From Callorhinchus milii (Eukaryota), in assembly GCF_018977255.1 (NCBI RefSeq), contig NW_024704772.1, forward strand, positions 3,162,001 to 3,226,000: a stretch of DNA of 64,000 nucleotides, given 5' to 3'. The notes below the pieces were generated by a model that was given only the letters and a program-made list of their open reading frames with translations, was not told where the DNA came from and did no database searches. Numbering within the stretch: the first letter of the stretch is position 1; every line of letters starts with the position of its first letter. Both the position numbers and the translations under genes were made by a program. This document shows, one piece after another, positions 39,336 to 52,900 of this stretch.

Positions 39336-41000
39336 TCTCCCTCTATCTCTCTGTCTTATCTTTCTCCCTCTATCTCCCTCGACCTCTTATTCCCTCTTAT
39401 CTCCCTCCCTCCCTCCCTCCCTCTTTTCTGTCATGGTTTGATGTTGCAGTCTTTGGGGTGTTGAGGTGTATATAAAATAATGCTCTCTCTCTCTCTCTCC
39501 TCTCTCTCACTCTCACACTCTCTCCAGTATTGTCAGTTCTGCTATGTCTGCCCTGTTATATGCGAAACCGTGTGCAAACCAGGTAAGCTCTCGCTCTCCC
39601 TCTCTCACTCTCTCTCTCACTCTCCTCTCACTCTCCCTCTCTCTCACTCTCTCCTCTCTCGCGCTCTGTCTCTTGTTTGCTGTTTGACTGTGCGGAGGAG
39701 CTGCGAGTGTGTGTGACGACGATGTGTGTGATTGTCTGTGTGACTGCGTGACTATGCGTGTGTGAGACTGTGTGTGTGTCTGTGTGTGACTATGTGTGTG
39801 TGTGACTGTGTGTGACTGTGTGTGTGAGACCGTGTGTGTGTCTGTGTGACTATGTGTGTGAGACTGTGTGTGTGTGCGTGAGACTGTGTCTGTGTGGAGT
39901 GACCGTATTTCACTCTCTTGCTCACAGGAGGTTATGTGGACGAACTCTCTGCAACATTCTACCAGTGAGTAACGCAGGTGGGGGCTGAGGGGGTGGTGGG
40001 GGTGGTGGGGGGGGGGGGTGGGGGGGAGTGGGGGGGAGTGGGGGGTGAGAGTAACACAGAGTGATATGGCACAGAGAGACATACCGTTTGGCTGAACTCG
40101 ATGTTTATATGTGGAGTCCCTGTAGCTCAGGGGTTAGACCCCTCGCCCCCCACCCCACAGCCCCTGTAGCTCAGGGGTTAGACCCCCCGCGTCGCACCCC
40201 ACAGCCCCTGTAGCTCAGGGGTTAGACCCCTCCCTCGCACCCCACAGCCCCTGTAGCTCAGGGGTTAGACCCCTCCCTCGCACCCCACAGCCCCTGTAGC
40301 TCGGGGGGGGGTAGACCCCCCACCCCACAGCCCCTGTAGCTCGGGGTTAGACCCCTCGCCCCGACCCCACAGCCCCTGTAGCTCAGGGGTTAGACCCCTC
40401 GCCCCCACCCCACAGCCCCTGTAGCTCAGGGGTTAGACCCCTCCCCTCGCACCCCACAGCCCCTGTAGCTCAGGGGTTAGACCCCTCGCCCCCCACCCCA
40501 CAGCCCCTGTAGCTCAGGGGTTAGACCCCTCGCCCCACACCCCACAGCCCCTGTAGCTCAGGGGTTAGACCCCTCGCCCCGCACCCCACAGCCCCTGTAG
40601 CTCAGGGGTTAGACCCCTCGCCCCGCAAGAAAGAGGAACCAGGGTTCGATTCCTAGTTGGGACGAAACATTGGGCAAGTTTCCTTACTCCACACACACGC
40701 GGACACACACGGACACAGAGACACACACAGACACAGACACACACACAGACACAGACACGCACGCGCCTCTGTTCACGCGCAGTCAGCAGGAACCCAGTCG
40801 TCAGTCTGGGATTTGTGGGAATGTGGGGAATGTTGGGGGGTGGTGTGGGGTCGACTGTTTTAAGGAGAGGATGATTCTCCCCCCTTGCCTGTTGACTCCC
40901 TCTCTCCCCCCCCCTCGCTCTCTCTCCCTCCCTCTCCCCCTCCCTCCCTCCCTCCTCTTCCAGATCGATTGCCAACATCTTTGAGCAACCCGGACAATAG
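33955..41000 (+). CDS. HRC: Histidine-rich calcium-binding protein / aspolin-like poly-Asp SR luminal protein (long, Cys-rich isoform)
   Basis: Kozak caacATGg at 33955, signal peptide MASQKVWLVSLLLTFLCSCHLSA, and poly-Asp exon 33955-34801 (spans a gap). Further exons 38323-38405, 38870-38938, 39528-39582, 39928-39964, 40964-41000 encode CSYCGFCE-HCSDCDKCPC-CQFCYVCPVICETVCKPGGYVDELSATFYQSIANIFEQPGQ*, the recalled HRC Cys-rich C-terminus. ATTAAA near 41752. Confidence 0.9.
36737..37722. mobile_element. Non-autonomous piggyBac-like element with 21-bp terminal inverted repeats
   Basis: CCCTCCAAACCAAAGCCCTAA at 36737-36757 and its exact reverse complement at 37702-37722. Flanks are GTAA (left) and TTAA (right). 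Confidence 0.55.
40117..40625 (+). repeat. About 40-bp minisatellite made from the SINE A-box segment (about 13 copies)
   Basis: Unit ccctgtagctcaggggttagacccctcgcccccaccccacagc. The SINE resumes with its B box near 40643. Confidence 0.9.
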
Positions 41001-41462
41001 AGGGACTCAGCGCTCGTTGGAGGAGGAGAGGAAAGGAGAGGAGAGGGCACCTTAGTCGCTTGGCTTCCAACACCATGACTTGTTCAGAGTTTTATAATCT
41101 GTCTCTGCGCCCCCCCCCCCTCCCCACCCACCACCACCTCTTCCCCCCTTTCCTCCCCCCCCCATTTTACCCCTTCCCCACCTCCCTGTCCCCCATCCCC
41201 AAGAAGCGCTCTGATTGGCTTTTGTGGGGGTGGGGGCAACCTGTTTAAGCCACCCCCTCATTCTCCCCAAATTCCGCCCCTGCTCACCAAAGAGAGCTCA
41301 CGACCCCCAAACATCTCCAGACCCCCCCCTCCCCCACCCTCTCGCTCGGACACGAGCGACAGACACCCCCCCCCAATTCATCCCCTCGTTCCCCCCCTAT
41401 GGTTCAACACAATCATAATGTATAGACTTCCCCCCCCCTTTCTACCCCCTCACCTCACCCGT

Positions 41463-41494
<32 letters not shown>

Positions 41495-43774
41495 GGGGGG
41501 AAATAACTTGGAATTCCATCAACTGAAAGAGCAGAGGGTTTTAGGGTCGAAGTCCTCACATCTCAACCCTGGCCCGTGTTTGTGTGTGGTGTGGTGGGGG
41601 GGGGGGAAAGGGGTTGTGGTGGGGGGAAAGGGGGGGGTCGGGGGTGGCGGAGGGGGCTTCTTGACTACATGGGCTCCCGGGACAGTCAAGGAATTTCAGG
41701 AAGAAGTCTTCCCTCCTCCCCCTCTCCCTCCCACCCCCCAAAAAAAAAGAGAATTAAAAAAAGTTTGGTCTAATATGGCTCTGATTTTGTTTCCAACTGA
41801 TCACCTCTCTCTCTCTCTTTTTCACTCTCACTCTCTCTTACTCTCACTCTCTCTCTCACTCTCTCTCTCACTCTCGTTCTCTCTCTCTCCCTCACTTGCC
41901 TCTTTCACTCACTTGATCGCTCCCTCTTAGTCTCTCTGTCTCTCTCTCACTCTCTCTCTTACTCTCCCTTACTCTCACTCTCCCTTGCTGCGACTGGGCG
42001 AGAGGGGACGTCGCTGGGCGCAATGGCCTTTCGCCCTCAAAAACACACAGTCACTACGCTCTACAGTCCATCCCGCGAAGCGCTTTGAGATGTCTCGACG
42101 ACGTGAGAAGGTGATAAGGCGCTGTGTCAAACTGCGAGGATTATTATTATTATTCTATGGAACATCAGCGATGGGTTTGACTAGAACGGGGGAGTGGGGG
42201 AGATTCTGGCTAGAAAAGCGGGGGTGAGGGGGGGGGGGATGGGGGGGTGGGGGGGGGGGGATGGGGGGGGTGGGGGAGTGTCAACCCGGTGGAAAGGATA
42301 GACTAGATGTGCATTGGGTTAAAGTCAGTTGGGAGAGTCTGTCGTCATTCAGCCTTCGCGAAATCCTGACAGAGGCGAAATTTCAGCCTCTCGCAAACTC
42401 CTCTCAAACATCCGATAGCGTGAGAGCATTCCTGCCCTGTCCCTCTCTCTCTCTCTCTCTCTCTCTCGCTCTCGCTCTTTCTCTCTCTTTCCGCCCGTTC
42501 GCAATCAGGGAACCCTGTCCAGCAAAGCCTCCCGGTTCCGTGAGTCTCTCCGCGGCCCCTGTGCCCAGTGCCGAGCCCGAGCCGGGCTGACAGCGCCGCT
42601 CGCTCACTCGCTCGCTCGCTGGGTTCAGAGAAAGTGCTGAGAGACGGAGAGAAACGGGGGACGAGAATCGCAGGGTCAGTTGGTGGGCTGTTTCGGGGCC
42701 GTTGCTCCTGTTTTTCTGGCTATCCAACACCCACCTTAATCCCCCGCTTGCTATTCCTAGCTCCCCGCAGTATCCGATATCACGTCGACATGGCCTCAGC
42801 CCCAGCGCTGAACCAGCTGCCACCGTCCAGCAACCAGACAGAAATAGCCCCCGGGCTCTCCAGCCACACAAAGCAAAGCAATTCACTGCACACACACACA
42901 CACCACAGAGGGAGAGAGAGAGGCCATTCGGACCAGCCTGCTCTCCGTTTACCCCCCCACCCACCCACCCACCACACACACACACACACACACACATTCC
43001 CCCCCATACACACACATTCCCCCCATACACACACACACTCCTTTCCCCCCCCCCCCGTACACACACACACACACATTCCCCCCCATACACACACACACAT
43101 TCCCCCCCATACACACACACACATTCCCCCCATACACACACACATACACACACACCATTTCCCCCCCCATACACACACCCACACTCAATCCCCCCCCATA
43201 CACACATGCACACTCCCACTCCCCCTCCACACGTATACCCACACACTCCCCCACGTGCACACACTCCCCCTCCCCGCAGCCCCTTCCCCTCACACACACA
43301 CACACACTCCTAAACTTCTCTGTAGCTCAGTGGTTGGAGCTCTCCTCGCGAGCGAGAGGACCCGCGTTCGATTCCCTGCCGCGAGGGTCGGGGCGAAACC
43401 TTAGGCGAGTTTTCTTTGACGCACGCGGGAAGCTGGGCTGCCGCGCCTCGCCCACAAAACCCACAGTCACTACGCTTTACAGTACATTCTGAGAAGCGCT
43501 TCGAGACGACTCAACGACGTGATGAGCCGCTGTATCAAATGCGAGGATCGTTATAATCCAATACAGCGGTTTGAGTCAACCAGAAAGACGTATTTGCCGG
43601 TCGCTTCCACACTAGTCCACCAGGCAGCGCTGCGACTCCAAGCACAACAGTTCCTCTCATTGACCACCAGGCAGCGCTGCTCGACCAACCATCCTTCAGA
43701 CTCTGTGACTGTAACCAAAAACACACACAACTCAGAGCCAGTCCGGCCATCACTCGAGCTCCGTGTCCGTACCG

Positions 43775-44295
43775 GAGCCCCTGTAGCTCAGGGGTCAGAG
43801 CCCTCACCTCACAAGAGAGAGGACCCGGGTTCGATTCCCGGGCAGGTCGGGGCGAAACCTTAGGCGAGTTTCTTTACTCCCCCCCACCCCCCACACACCC
43901 ACCCCAAACCCACCCCCACCCCCCCACACACCCACCCCCAACCCACCGCCCCACACACCCACCCCCAACCCATCACCCCCCCCCACACACACCCACCCCC
44001 AACCCATCACCCCCCCCCCCCACACACACACACACACACACCTCTGTTTACCGGCAGTAAATAGGAACCCGCTTGTTATTCGATTGGCGGAGATCGCTTT
44101 CCGGGGGTAGTAATCCCTCGAAAAAAATTAATCATTGTAATAATAATTTGGTCTCGTCAATCCACGGCTGTTCGTGGGGACGTTTCGCCCACAAATCACA
44201 CAGTCACTCCACTTTACAGTGTATCCCATGACGCGCTTTGAGTCGTCTCAAAGCCGTGATAAGGCGCTGTGTCAAATGCGAGAATTATTATCATT
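43775..44295 (+). mobile_element. tRNA-derived SINE with an expanded internal C/CA tract
   Basis: A box and B box at 43783-43838, followed by the family central domain and tail. Confidence 0.75.
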
Positions 44296-45000
44296 AATAT
44301 ATATTTAATAATATGTAAGTGTTTCCCTCTGTGTTTCTGTTCCTCTNNNNNNNNNNNNNNNNNNNNNNNNNNNNNNNNNNNNNNNNNNNNNNNNNNNNNN
44401 NNNNNNNNNNNNNNNNNNNNNNNNNNNNNNNNNNNNNNNNNNNNNNNNNNNNNNNNNNNNNNNNNNNNNNNNNNNNNNNNNNNNNNNNNNNNNNNNNNNN
44501 NNNTGCTGTAAGTGACTGTCAGACGCTGAGCTGAATGTGAGGGTGTAATGACACACAGTGGCCACAAGACAGAGACAGAGACCGTCTTGTGGTCAATGTG
44601 TTGACCCACACACCGGTTTGTGGGACACTGCTGCGCACAAAACGCACAGTCACTCCACTTTACACTGTATCCCGTGAAGCCCTTTGAGACGTCTCAACGA
44701 TGCACCAAACGCAAGGATTATTATTAGAATAATAATTATTATTATTAGAAGGGGCGAAGTCCCTCTAACTGAGTGACTGTAGGCTGTGATGTGAGCTGTT
44801 ACTCTGGGAGACAGTTTGATCAGAAAAGAATCTAAATATACTTTTCCGATCCGCCCGTTCGTAAAAAAATTAAAATCGTTTCAAATTCAGGTTCGGGAGA
44901 TCGCGGCGCAGTTCAAAACACAGCGCAGGTGGAATTAAATGTCTTTCCTTGGTGGAGAAATGTGATATTTCTACAATAATTATCCTCGCACTCAATATTA

Positions 45001-45322
45001 TAATAATAATAATAATCCTTGCATTTGATATAGCGCTTTTCACGTCGGGAGGACGTCCCAAAGCGCTTCACAGAACACACTGTAAAGTGAATTGACTGTA
45101 TATTTGTGGGCGAACGCGGCAGCCAATTGCGCACAGCAATGTCCCACAAACAGTCGTAGATTGAAAATGACCAATTTATTATTGTTTTTGGTTTTGGAGG
45201 ATTATTATTAGGCTCTGTGTGGAGTAAGGAAACTTGCCCGAGGTTTGGCCCTCTGCCGGGGATTGAACTCAGGTCTCTCACTTGCAAAGCGAGTGCTCTA
45301 ACCACTGAGCTACAGGACTCCA
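45001..45322 (-). mobile_element. tRNA-derived SINE, full length, young subfamily
   Basis: Near-identical to 30741-31069. The same tail occurs at 6875-7010, 37837-37950 and 62305-62417. Confidence 0.85.
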
Positions 45323-45406
45323 CATATTATCCCCTCATCAAGTCATTGAATCGTCTCAAAGCGCTTCACGGGATACACTGTGGTTATTGTGATAATTAAC
45401 CCCGGA

Positions 45407-45448
<42 letters not shown>

Positions 45449-48400
45449 CCTTGCATTTGATATAGCGCTTTTCACGTCGGGACGACATCCCAACGATCGA
45501 TCGATCGAAGCGATCGATCCGCCAATCGACTAACAACCGAGTTCCTACTGACCGCTGTGGGTCAGTGGAGGCGTTGGTGTGTGTGTGCGCAGTAAGGAAA
45601 CTCGCCTCAGGTTTCGCCCCGACCCGGGAACCGAACCCAGGTCCTCTCGCTTGCGAGGCGAGGGGTCCAACCCCTCCGGTACAGGACTGTTTGTTTGCGG
45701 AAAGGTTGGGGGGAATTCTGACGAAATATATTGTATTACACACTCCCCCCAACACCCCGATATTGTGCTGATTGTAAACTCTTCCTTTACTCCCCATCAG
45801 AGAGAGAGAGAGAGAGTGAAATGGGGGGGTGGGGGGGGGGGGCAGAGAGGGTCAGAGAGAGAGAGAAGGGAGTGACAAAGAGGAAGAGAAGGATAGAGAG
45901 AGAGGGAAAGGGATGGATGGAGAGGGATGGCGAGGCTGATATATATATATAGAGAGAGAGAGAGGGACAGAGAGAGGGGGAGAAGAGAGATGGACAGAGA
46001 GAGGGGGAGAAGAGCGAGAGATGGAGGGGATGGAGAGGTGGGAGGGAGGGAACAGAGAGAGGGGGGGAAGAGAGAGAGTTGGAGAGAGGAAGAGACAAAG
46101 AGAAGAAGAGAGAAGGGAAGGGGAAAGAAAAGGGCTGGACAGAATGAGATAGAGAGAAAGATAGAGAGAAAGAGAGAGAGATAGAGACAGACAGACTTAT
46201 AGACAGACAGACAGACAGAGACAGACAGACAGAGAGGTGTGGGCACAGAGAGAGAGAGGGAGATGGAGATGGAGAGAGAGAGAGAGAGAAAGGGATGGAG
46301 AGAGAGAGAGAGAGAAAGGGATGGAGAGAGAGGGAGAGGTGAAGAGAAGAATGGGGAGAGTGAGATAGAGAGAGGAACAGACAGACATAGAGAGAGAGAG
46401 AGAGAGAGAGATGGAGAGAGGAAGAGAATGAGGGGAACAGAGACAGAGAGGCGGAGAGAGAGGTACACACAGACACAGACACAGACAGACAGAGAGATGG
46501 AGAGGAATAGAGACAGAGAGACACACAAAGACAGACAGAGAGAGAGAGAGAGACAGAGAGAGAGACAGAGGGAGAGGAGAGAGAGAGAGGTTTAATAAGG
46601 GATTTAAACACACGCAGTCCCGAGGCTGTGTAACACACACACACTGTGTAACACACACACACTGTGTAACACACACACACACTGTGTAACACACACACTG
46701 TGTAATACACACACACACTGTGTAACACACACACTGTGTAACACACACACACACTGTGTAACACACACACACTGTGTAATACACACACACACTGTGTAAC
46801 ACACACACTGTGTAACACACACACACACACTGTGTAACACACACACACACTGTGTAACACACACACACACACACTGTGTAACACACACACACACTGTGTA
46901 ACACACACACACACTGTGTAACACATACACACTCACATACACACTTACACACACACACATACACACACACACATACACACTCACACATACACACTCTCAC
47001 ACACACACACACACACACTCACACACAGACACTGAACCAGTTCCTCTATTGGTTGGAAGTGACATCTTTCTCTCTGGGGCTATATATAGACATTACCTCA
47101 TGTGTTTCGGGTGAATTTCTGTGTACATTTCACAGTACATTTCTCGCAGTACATCAAACACTAAAGCCTTACACTGTCTCACACTCACACACTCACACAC
47201 AGGACCCCTCTCTCCCTCTCTTACACACTCTCACACTCACACACTCTCACACCTACACTCACACACACACACACACAGACACTGCCCTCTCTTACACACT
47301 CACACACACACAAACTCCTCTCTCTTACACACACTCTCACTCACTCACTCACACACACACACACACACACACAGGACCCCCCTCTCTCTCTCTCTCTTAC
47401 ACACTCTCACACACTCTCACTCACTCACACCACTCACACAGACTCACACTCACACAACACTTTACACTGAACTCTCACTCTCACACACTCTCACTCTCAC
47501 ACACACACTCACACACCTAACACCTTACACTATCCCCCCACCCCCCACCCCCCCTCCCACTCACACACTCTCATTCACACTCACACTCACACTCTCACAC
47601 ACAGACCCTGAGTCAATCATATCAGCAGCACAAACAGCAGGTAGGTTCAATATATATATATATATATTTAAATTTATCTTTGCCCCTCTCCCCCCCTTCC
47701 CCCATTCCCTCTCCCCCCTTTCCCCCATTCCCCTCTCCCCTTTCCCCCCATTCCCTCTCTCCCCCCCCCATTCCCTCTCTCCCCTTCCCCCCATTCCCTC
47801 TCTCCCCCTTCCCCCCATTCCCTCTCTCCCCCTTCCCCCATTCCCCTCTCCCCCTTCCCCTCTCTCCCCCTTCCCCCCATTCCCTCTCTCCCCCTTCCCC
47901 CCATTCCCTCTCTCCCCCCTTCCCCTCTCCCCCCCTCCCCCATTCCCTCTCTCCCCCCCTTCCCCTCTCTCCCCCTTCCCCCCCATTCCCTCTCTCCCCA
48001 TCACCCCCTTTCTCTCCCCCAATACAGATCTGCAAATTATTAACTCAGGGTTTTTTTTTTGCAAAGACGAGTGGAATGAATGTGGGTTCGTTTGAGGGAA
48101 TGATTCATTATTAATTAAGACAATTATTCTACGTTTAAGTAGATTTTCACTGTTTCCCCCCAAAAAAATGAATGATTGCATTGTTGTGTAATATTTTTGC
48201 TTTAGTTTAGACCCCAACAGAGGTTTGCAAAGAAAATTCAAATTGATGCGAGTTTTGCGAGAGAATTGTTCATTAATTAGGTCGATTCTGACTGTTGTTT
48301 TTCCAATTAAAATGATTGCTTTATTGTGTAATAATACTTTCTCTCTCTCTCCATCTCTCTCTCTCTATTCCTCTCTCTGTTCCCTTCTCTCTATTTTTAT

Positions 48401-48542
48401 CTTACGAGCCATCATCTCTCTCTCTCTCTGTCCCTCTCTAACTATTCCTTTCTCTGTCCATCTCTCTATTTCTCCCAATCCCTCTCTCTCTCTCTCTATT
48501 CCTCTCTCTGTTCCCTTCTTTCTATTTTTAATCTTATTAGCC

Positions 48543-48579
<37 letters not shown>

Positions 48580-49500
48580 CTCTCTCTGTCCCTCTCTATC
48601 TATTCCTCTCTCTGTCCATCTCTCTATTTCTCCCAATCCCTCTCTCTCTCTCTCTGGTCCTCTCTCTCTCTGTCCATTTTTTCTCTCCATCCACCCATCC
48701 ATTCTCTCTCCGTCCCTCTCGCTCTATCCGTCTCTCCCTCTCTCTATGTGTTCCTCTCTCTCTCTCTCTCTCTGTATCCCTCTCTCTTTCTCTCTTGTCA
48801 CTCTCCCTCTCCATCCCTCCCGCTCGCCCTGTCTCTCTCTCTCTCTCCCCCCCTCTCTCTATCCCTCTCTCTTTCTCTCTTGTCACTCCCTCTCCATCCC
48901 TCCCTCTTGCTCTGTCCCCCTTCTCTCCCCCCCCCCCCCCCCCCCCCCACCCCCCCACACTCTCACTCTATCCCTCTCTCTCTCTCACTTTCTATCTGGA
49001 CTTGCGAATCATTAAGAGACACCCTCCCACCCCCACCTTTCTCGCCCCCCCACCCCTCCCTGATCCCCCCCCACTCTCTGCCCCCTAAATAATTACCCCC
49101 CAATAAGGCTGTGTTCGGGGGGGAGGGGGAGGGGGGGGGGGAATGGAACAACAAATTGTATAGCGTCTTTCACGTCGGGAGGAATAACTTGAAAAGAACA
49201 GCTCCGAAGCTGATTTCTTTTTCTTCGTTCGAAACTATTCCCTTGCTATTAACCAGGCGGTGCGAAGGCGTGTTACATGTGGAGTAACACGCAGCCCGGA
49301 GCGTGTTACGCACTGGTGACACGCCGGCTTTGTTGTGTTAATCGTGGGCTGTGTGTGTGTGCGAGATCTGAGGCAGGTTTTGACTGCGTTTTCAATTAAA
49401 ATGATTGCGTTACTGTGTAATAATTCTCTCTCTATTCCTCTCTCTTTCCCTTTCTCTCTCGATTGTCACTCTCTCTCCATCCTTCCCTCTAGCTCTGTCC

Positions 49501-49532
<32 letters not shown>

Positions 49533-49934
49533 ATCTCCCACCCTCTTTCGCTCTCTATCCCTCTCTCTCAGACACAGACACAGACACACATACCCTTTCC
49601 AGGGGTTAATAATGCCTTCAAATAAAAATAATAATAATTATAATTCGGTCGCTCGATCCACGGCTGTTTGTGGGGACGTCGCTGGGTGCAATTGGCTGCC
49701 CCGACAAAGCACACAGTCACTACACTTTACAGCGTGTCCCGTGAAGCGCTTTGAGACGTCTCGAAGCCGTGATCAGGCGCCGGGTCAAGGATTATTATTA
49801 TTACTATAATAACCGTGGGCTGGGGACATGTTACACAAGGCGTTGGGCTGAGCGTGTGCTAACCCTGGGCTAATGGAGGGCAATTATGCCCACACAGGGG
49901 GGTAACTGTGTGCTGTGCCCGGGCAGGGCTGGCG

Positions 49935-52900
49935 ATGGTGGTACGGTGGCTGGAGGCAGAGGGGTTGGCATGGCTCCTCCAAACCCACACGGACCGGCAG
50001 CTCATCGTGGATTGCCGGTCGCTGTCCGACTACACGGAGCGACACGTGTTGGGGGCCGTCAGCGTGGGCACCGCGTGGGGCTCCCACACGCCAACACGCC
50101 ACACACGCGCGCCAACACGCCACACACGCCTGCCGTCTGACACGGCTCTACAGCAAACACAGGTTTGTCACTTTAATCTGCTTTCTCTCTCTCTCTCTCT
50201 CTCTCTCATCCTCGCTGCTAACCTGTCTTGCTCCTTCCCTCTCTCTCTCTCTCTCTCTTTCTCGTTCTCTTTCTTCCTCTTTCTTCTCTTTTTACTGCTC
50301 CCTCTCTCGCTCTCTCTTTCATCCTCTCTCATTTGACCTCTTTTGTCCTCTCTCATTCGTTCCCTCATTCTCTTTCTCTCTCTCTCTCTCTCTCCCTTAT
50401 CGTCAGTCTCGTTCTCTCTCCCTCTCTCTCCTGTTCTCTACCTCCCTCTCTTTTCCTCCCTCGTTCTCTTTCTTTCTCTTCCGTCTCCTCCCTCTCCCTC
50501 TCCCTCTCTCTCTCTCGTTCCTCTCTCTCATTCTCTCCCTCTCTCTATCTCGTATTCTCTCTCACTCTCAGATTATTATTGATCTGATTCCAATTTATTA
50601 AATCCTACGTGGAATGTAGAGTCACTACACTTTACGGTAGTGCGCTGCGAAGGCTTTGAGACGTCTCGACGACGTGATAAGATGGTTGTGTGACCGTGTC
50701 TTACAGTGGGAAACTGCGGAAGAGAGAGACTTGGTGCTGTATGACCAGCGATCTCACGGTGTGTGTGAGAACTCAGCCACAGAGCTCTCCTCAGCCCTAA
50801 CACACACTCTGGAGAAGAGATTCCAACGCGTTTACCTGCTTAAAGGTACGTGGAGCCCTTTAGCGCAGGGGTTGGACCCCCTCGCCTCGCTTACACGCGC
50901 ACGCACACACACGCGCGCCCGCACGCACACACACGCGCGCCCGCACGCACACACACACGCGCGCGCGCCCCTCCGTTTACCCAGCAGTGAGTAGGAACCC
51001 GGTTGTTAGTTGACTGTCGGATCGCTTTCCGGGGGTAATGATCCCTTAAAAAAAACAAATGTGGTCACTCGATCCGCGACTGTTTGTGGGGGACGTCGCC
51101 GGGGGCGCAATGGGCCGCCGCCTTTCGCCCGCAAAACACACAGTCACTGCACTTTACAGTGTACCCTGCGAAGCGCTTTGAGACGTCTCAGTGGCGTGAT
51201 GAGGCGCTGGCGTGATGAGGCGCTGGCGTGATGAGGCGCTGGCGTGATGAAGCGCTGGCGTGATGAGGCGCTGGCGTGATGAGGCGCTGGCGTGATGAAG
51301 CGCTGGCGTGATGAGGCGCTGGCGTGATGAGGCGCTGGCGTGATGAAGCGCTGGCGTGATGAGGCGCTGGCGTGATGAGGCGCTGGCGTGATGAGGCGCT
51401 GGCGTGATGAGGCGCTAACAATCCTGTGTCAAAGGTATCAAACCCAAATTTTATTATTATTATTATTTATTGGGTTCTTTTTCAGGGGGATTTGCGGTAT
51501 TCTCGTCGGCCTTCCCGAGCTTGTGTGAGGGAAAGAGTCCAAGATCTCTCTTAAGCAGCTGTTCTCAGCCCTGCCTCTCCGCCCTGGAGGTGGGGCCCAC
51601 GCAGATCTTTCCACACCTCTACCTGGGCTCTCAGAGTGACGTCTTAAACAAAGTGCGTTCCCTCCACTTTATCCTGAGAGAGTATAACCTGTATTATTAT
51701 ACTATTATCATGATATTATTGTATTCTTATTTGATTATCATTATTATAATATTACATTATTCTATTGATTATTATAATATTATATTATATTATTACTATA
51801 TTGCATTACATTATTATAATAAGTATTACATTATTACATTATAACTACATTATAATTACATTATATATTATTACATTATTATATATTATTACATTATTAT
51901 ATTAGTATTGTTACATTATTATAATATTATTATTAAATTATTATATATTATAATATTATTATTGCATTATTATGTTACTATTGTCATATATCACTATAAT
52001 ATTATTACATTATTATATTATTAATATTATTATATTATTCCATTATTATTGTTATTGTATAATATTATTATTATATGCCTCTGTGCTGCTCTGTCACAGG
52101 AGGTGATGGTGAGGAACAGGATCAGCCATGTGCTGAATGTGAGTAGTAACTGTGTGAAGCCCAACTTCATCCCAGACACTCACTTCCTAAGAATCCCGAT
52201 CGACGACAGTTACCGTGAGCGGCTCCTGCCCTGGATCCTCACTGCCGTGCAGTTCATAGGTACACGTGTCATGTGTTATGCACACGTGTGTCTCTGTTTG
52301 CGTTGTATGTTCTATGCATGTTGTGTGTTATAGACATGTGTGGTAATGTTACATGCATGTGTCTGATGTATGTTATGGTATATACATATGTGATGTGTGT
52401 TATGCTATGCACAGGTGTGATGGATGTTGTATACATGTATGCCGCATGTCATATACACGTGTGCTGCATGCTACGTTACAGACGTGTGAGCTGTGTGTTG
52501 TGTTATGTAGGTGAGCTGTATGTTGTATGGTGTGTGTGCGTGTGCTGACCCGTGCTCTGTGTGACAGACAAGGCGCGGAGGCTGCAGGGCCGTGTGCTGG
52601 TTCACTGCTGGGCTGGCGTGTCCCGTTCGCCCGCCATCGCCATCGCCTACGTCATGAACACGTCAGGACTCCCTCTGGACGACGCTTACAGGTGAGGACA
52701 CGTGACGCTCGATATCTATGTCCCGGGGTGCGTGTGTGTGAGTGTTTGTGTTTGTGTGTGTGCATGTGTATGTTTGTGTGCGTGTGGGTTTGTGTTTGTG
52801 TGCGTGTGTTTGTGTGCGCGTCCCTCGTGCCCTCCGTTCCACCGTCCTTGGCCGCGCTTTCAGCCCATTGTTGCTCGTGCTCGTGTTACCCCCCTTTTCG

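Noticed and set aside
45787-49092. Leu/Ser-, Cys/Val- and Pro-rich ORFs
   Set aside because: Microsatellite translations with no recognisable domain or exon structure.
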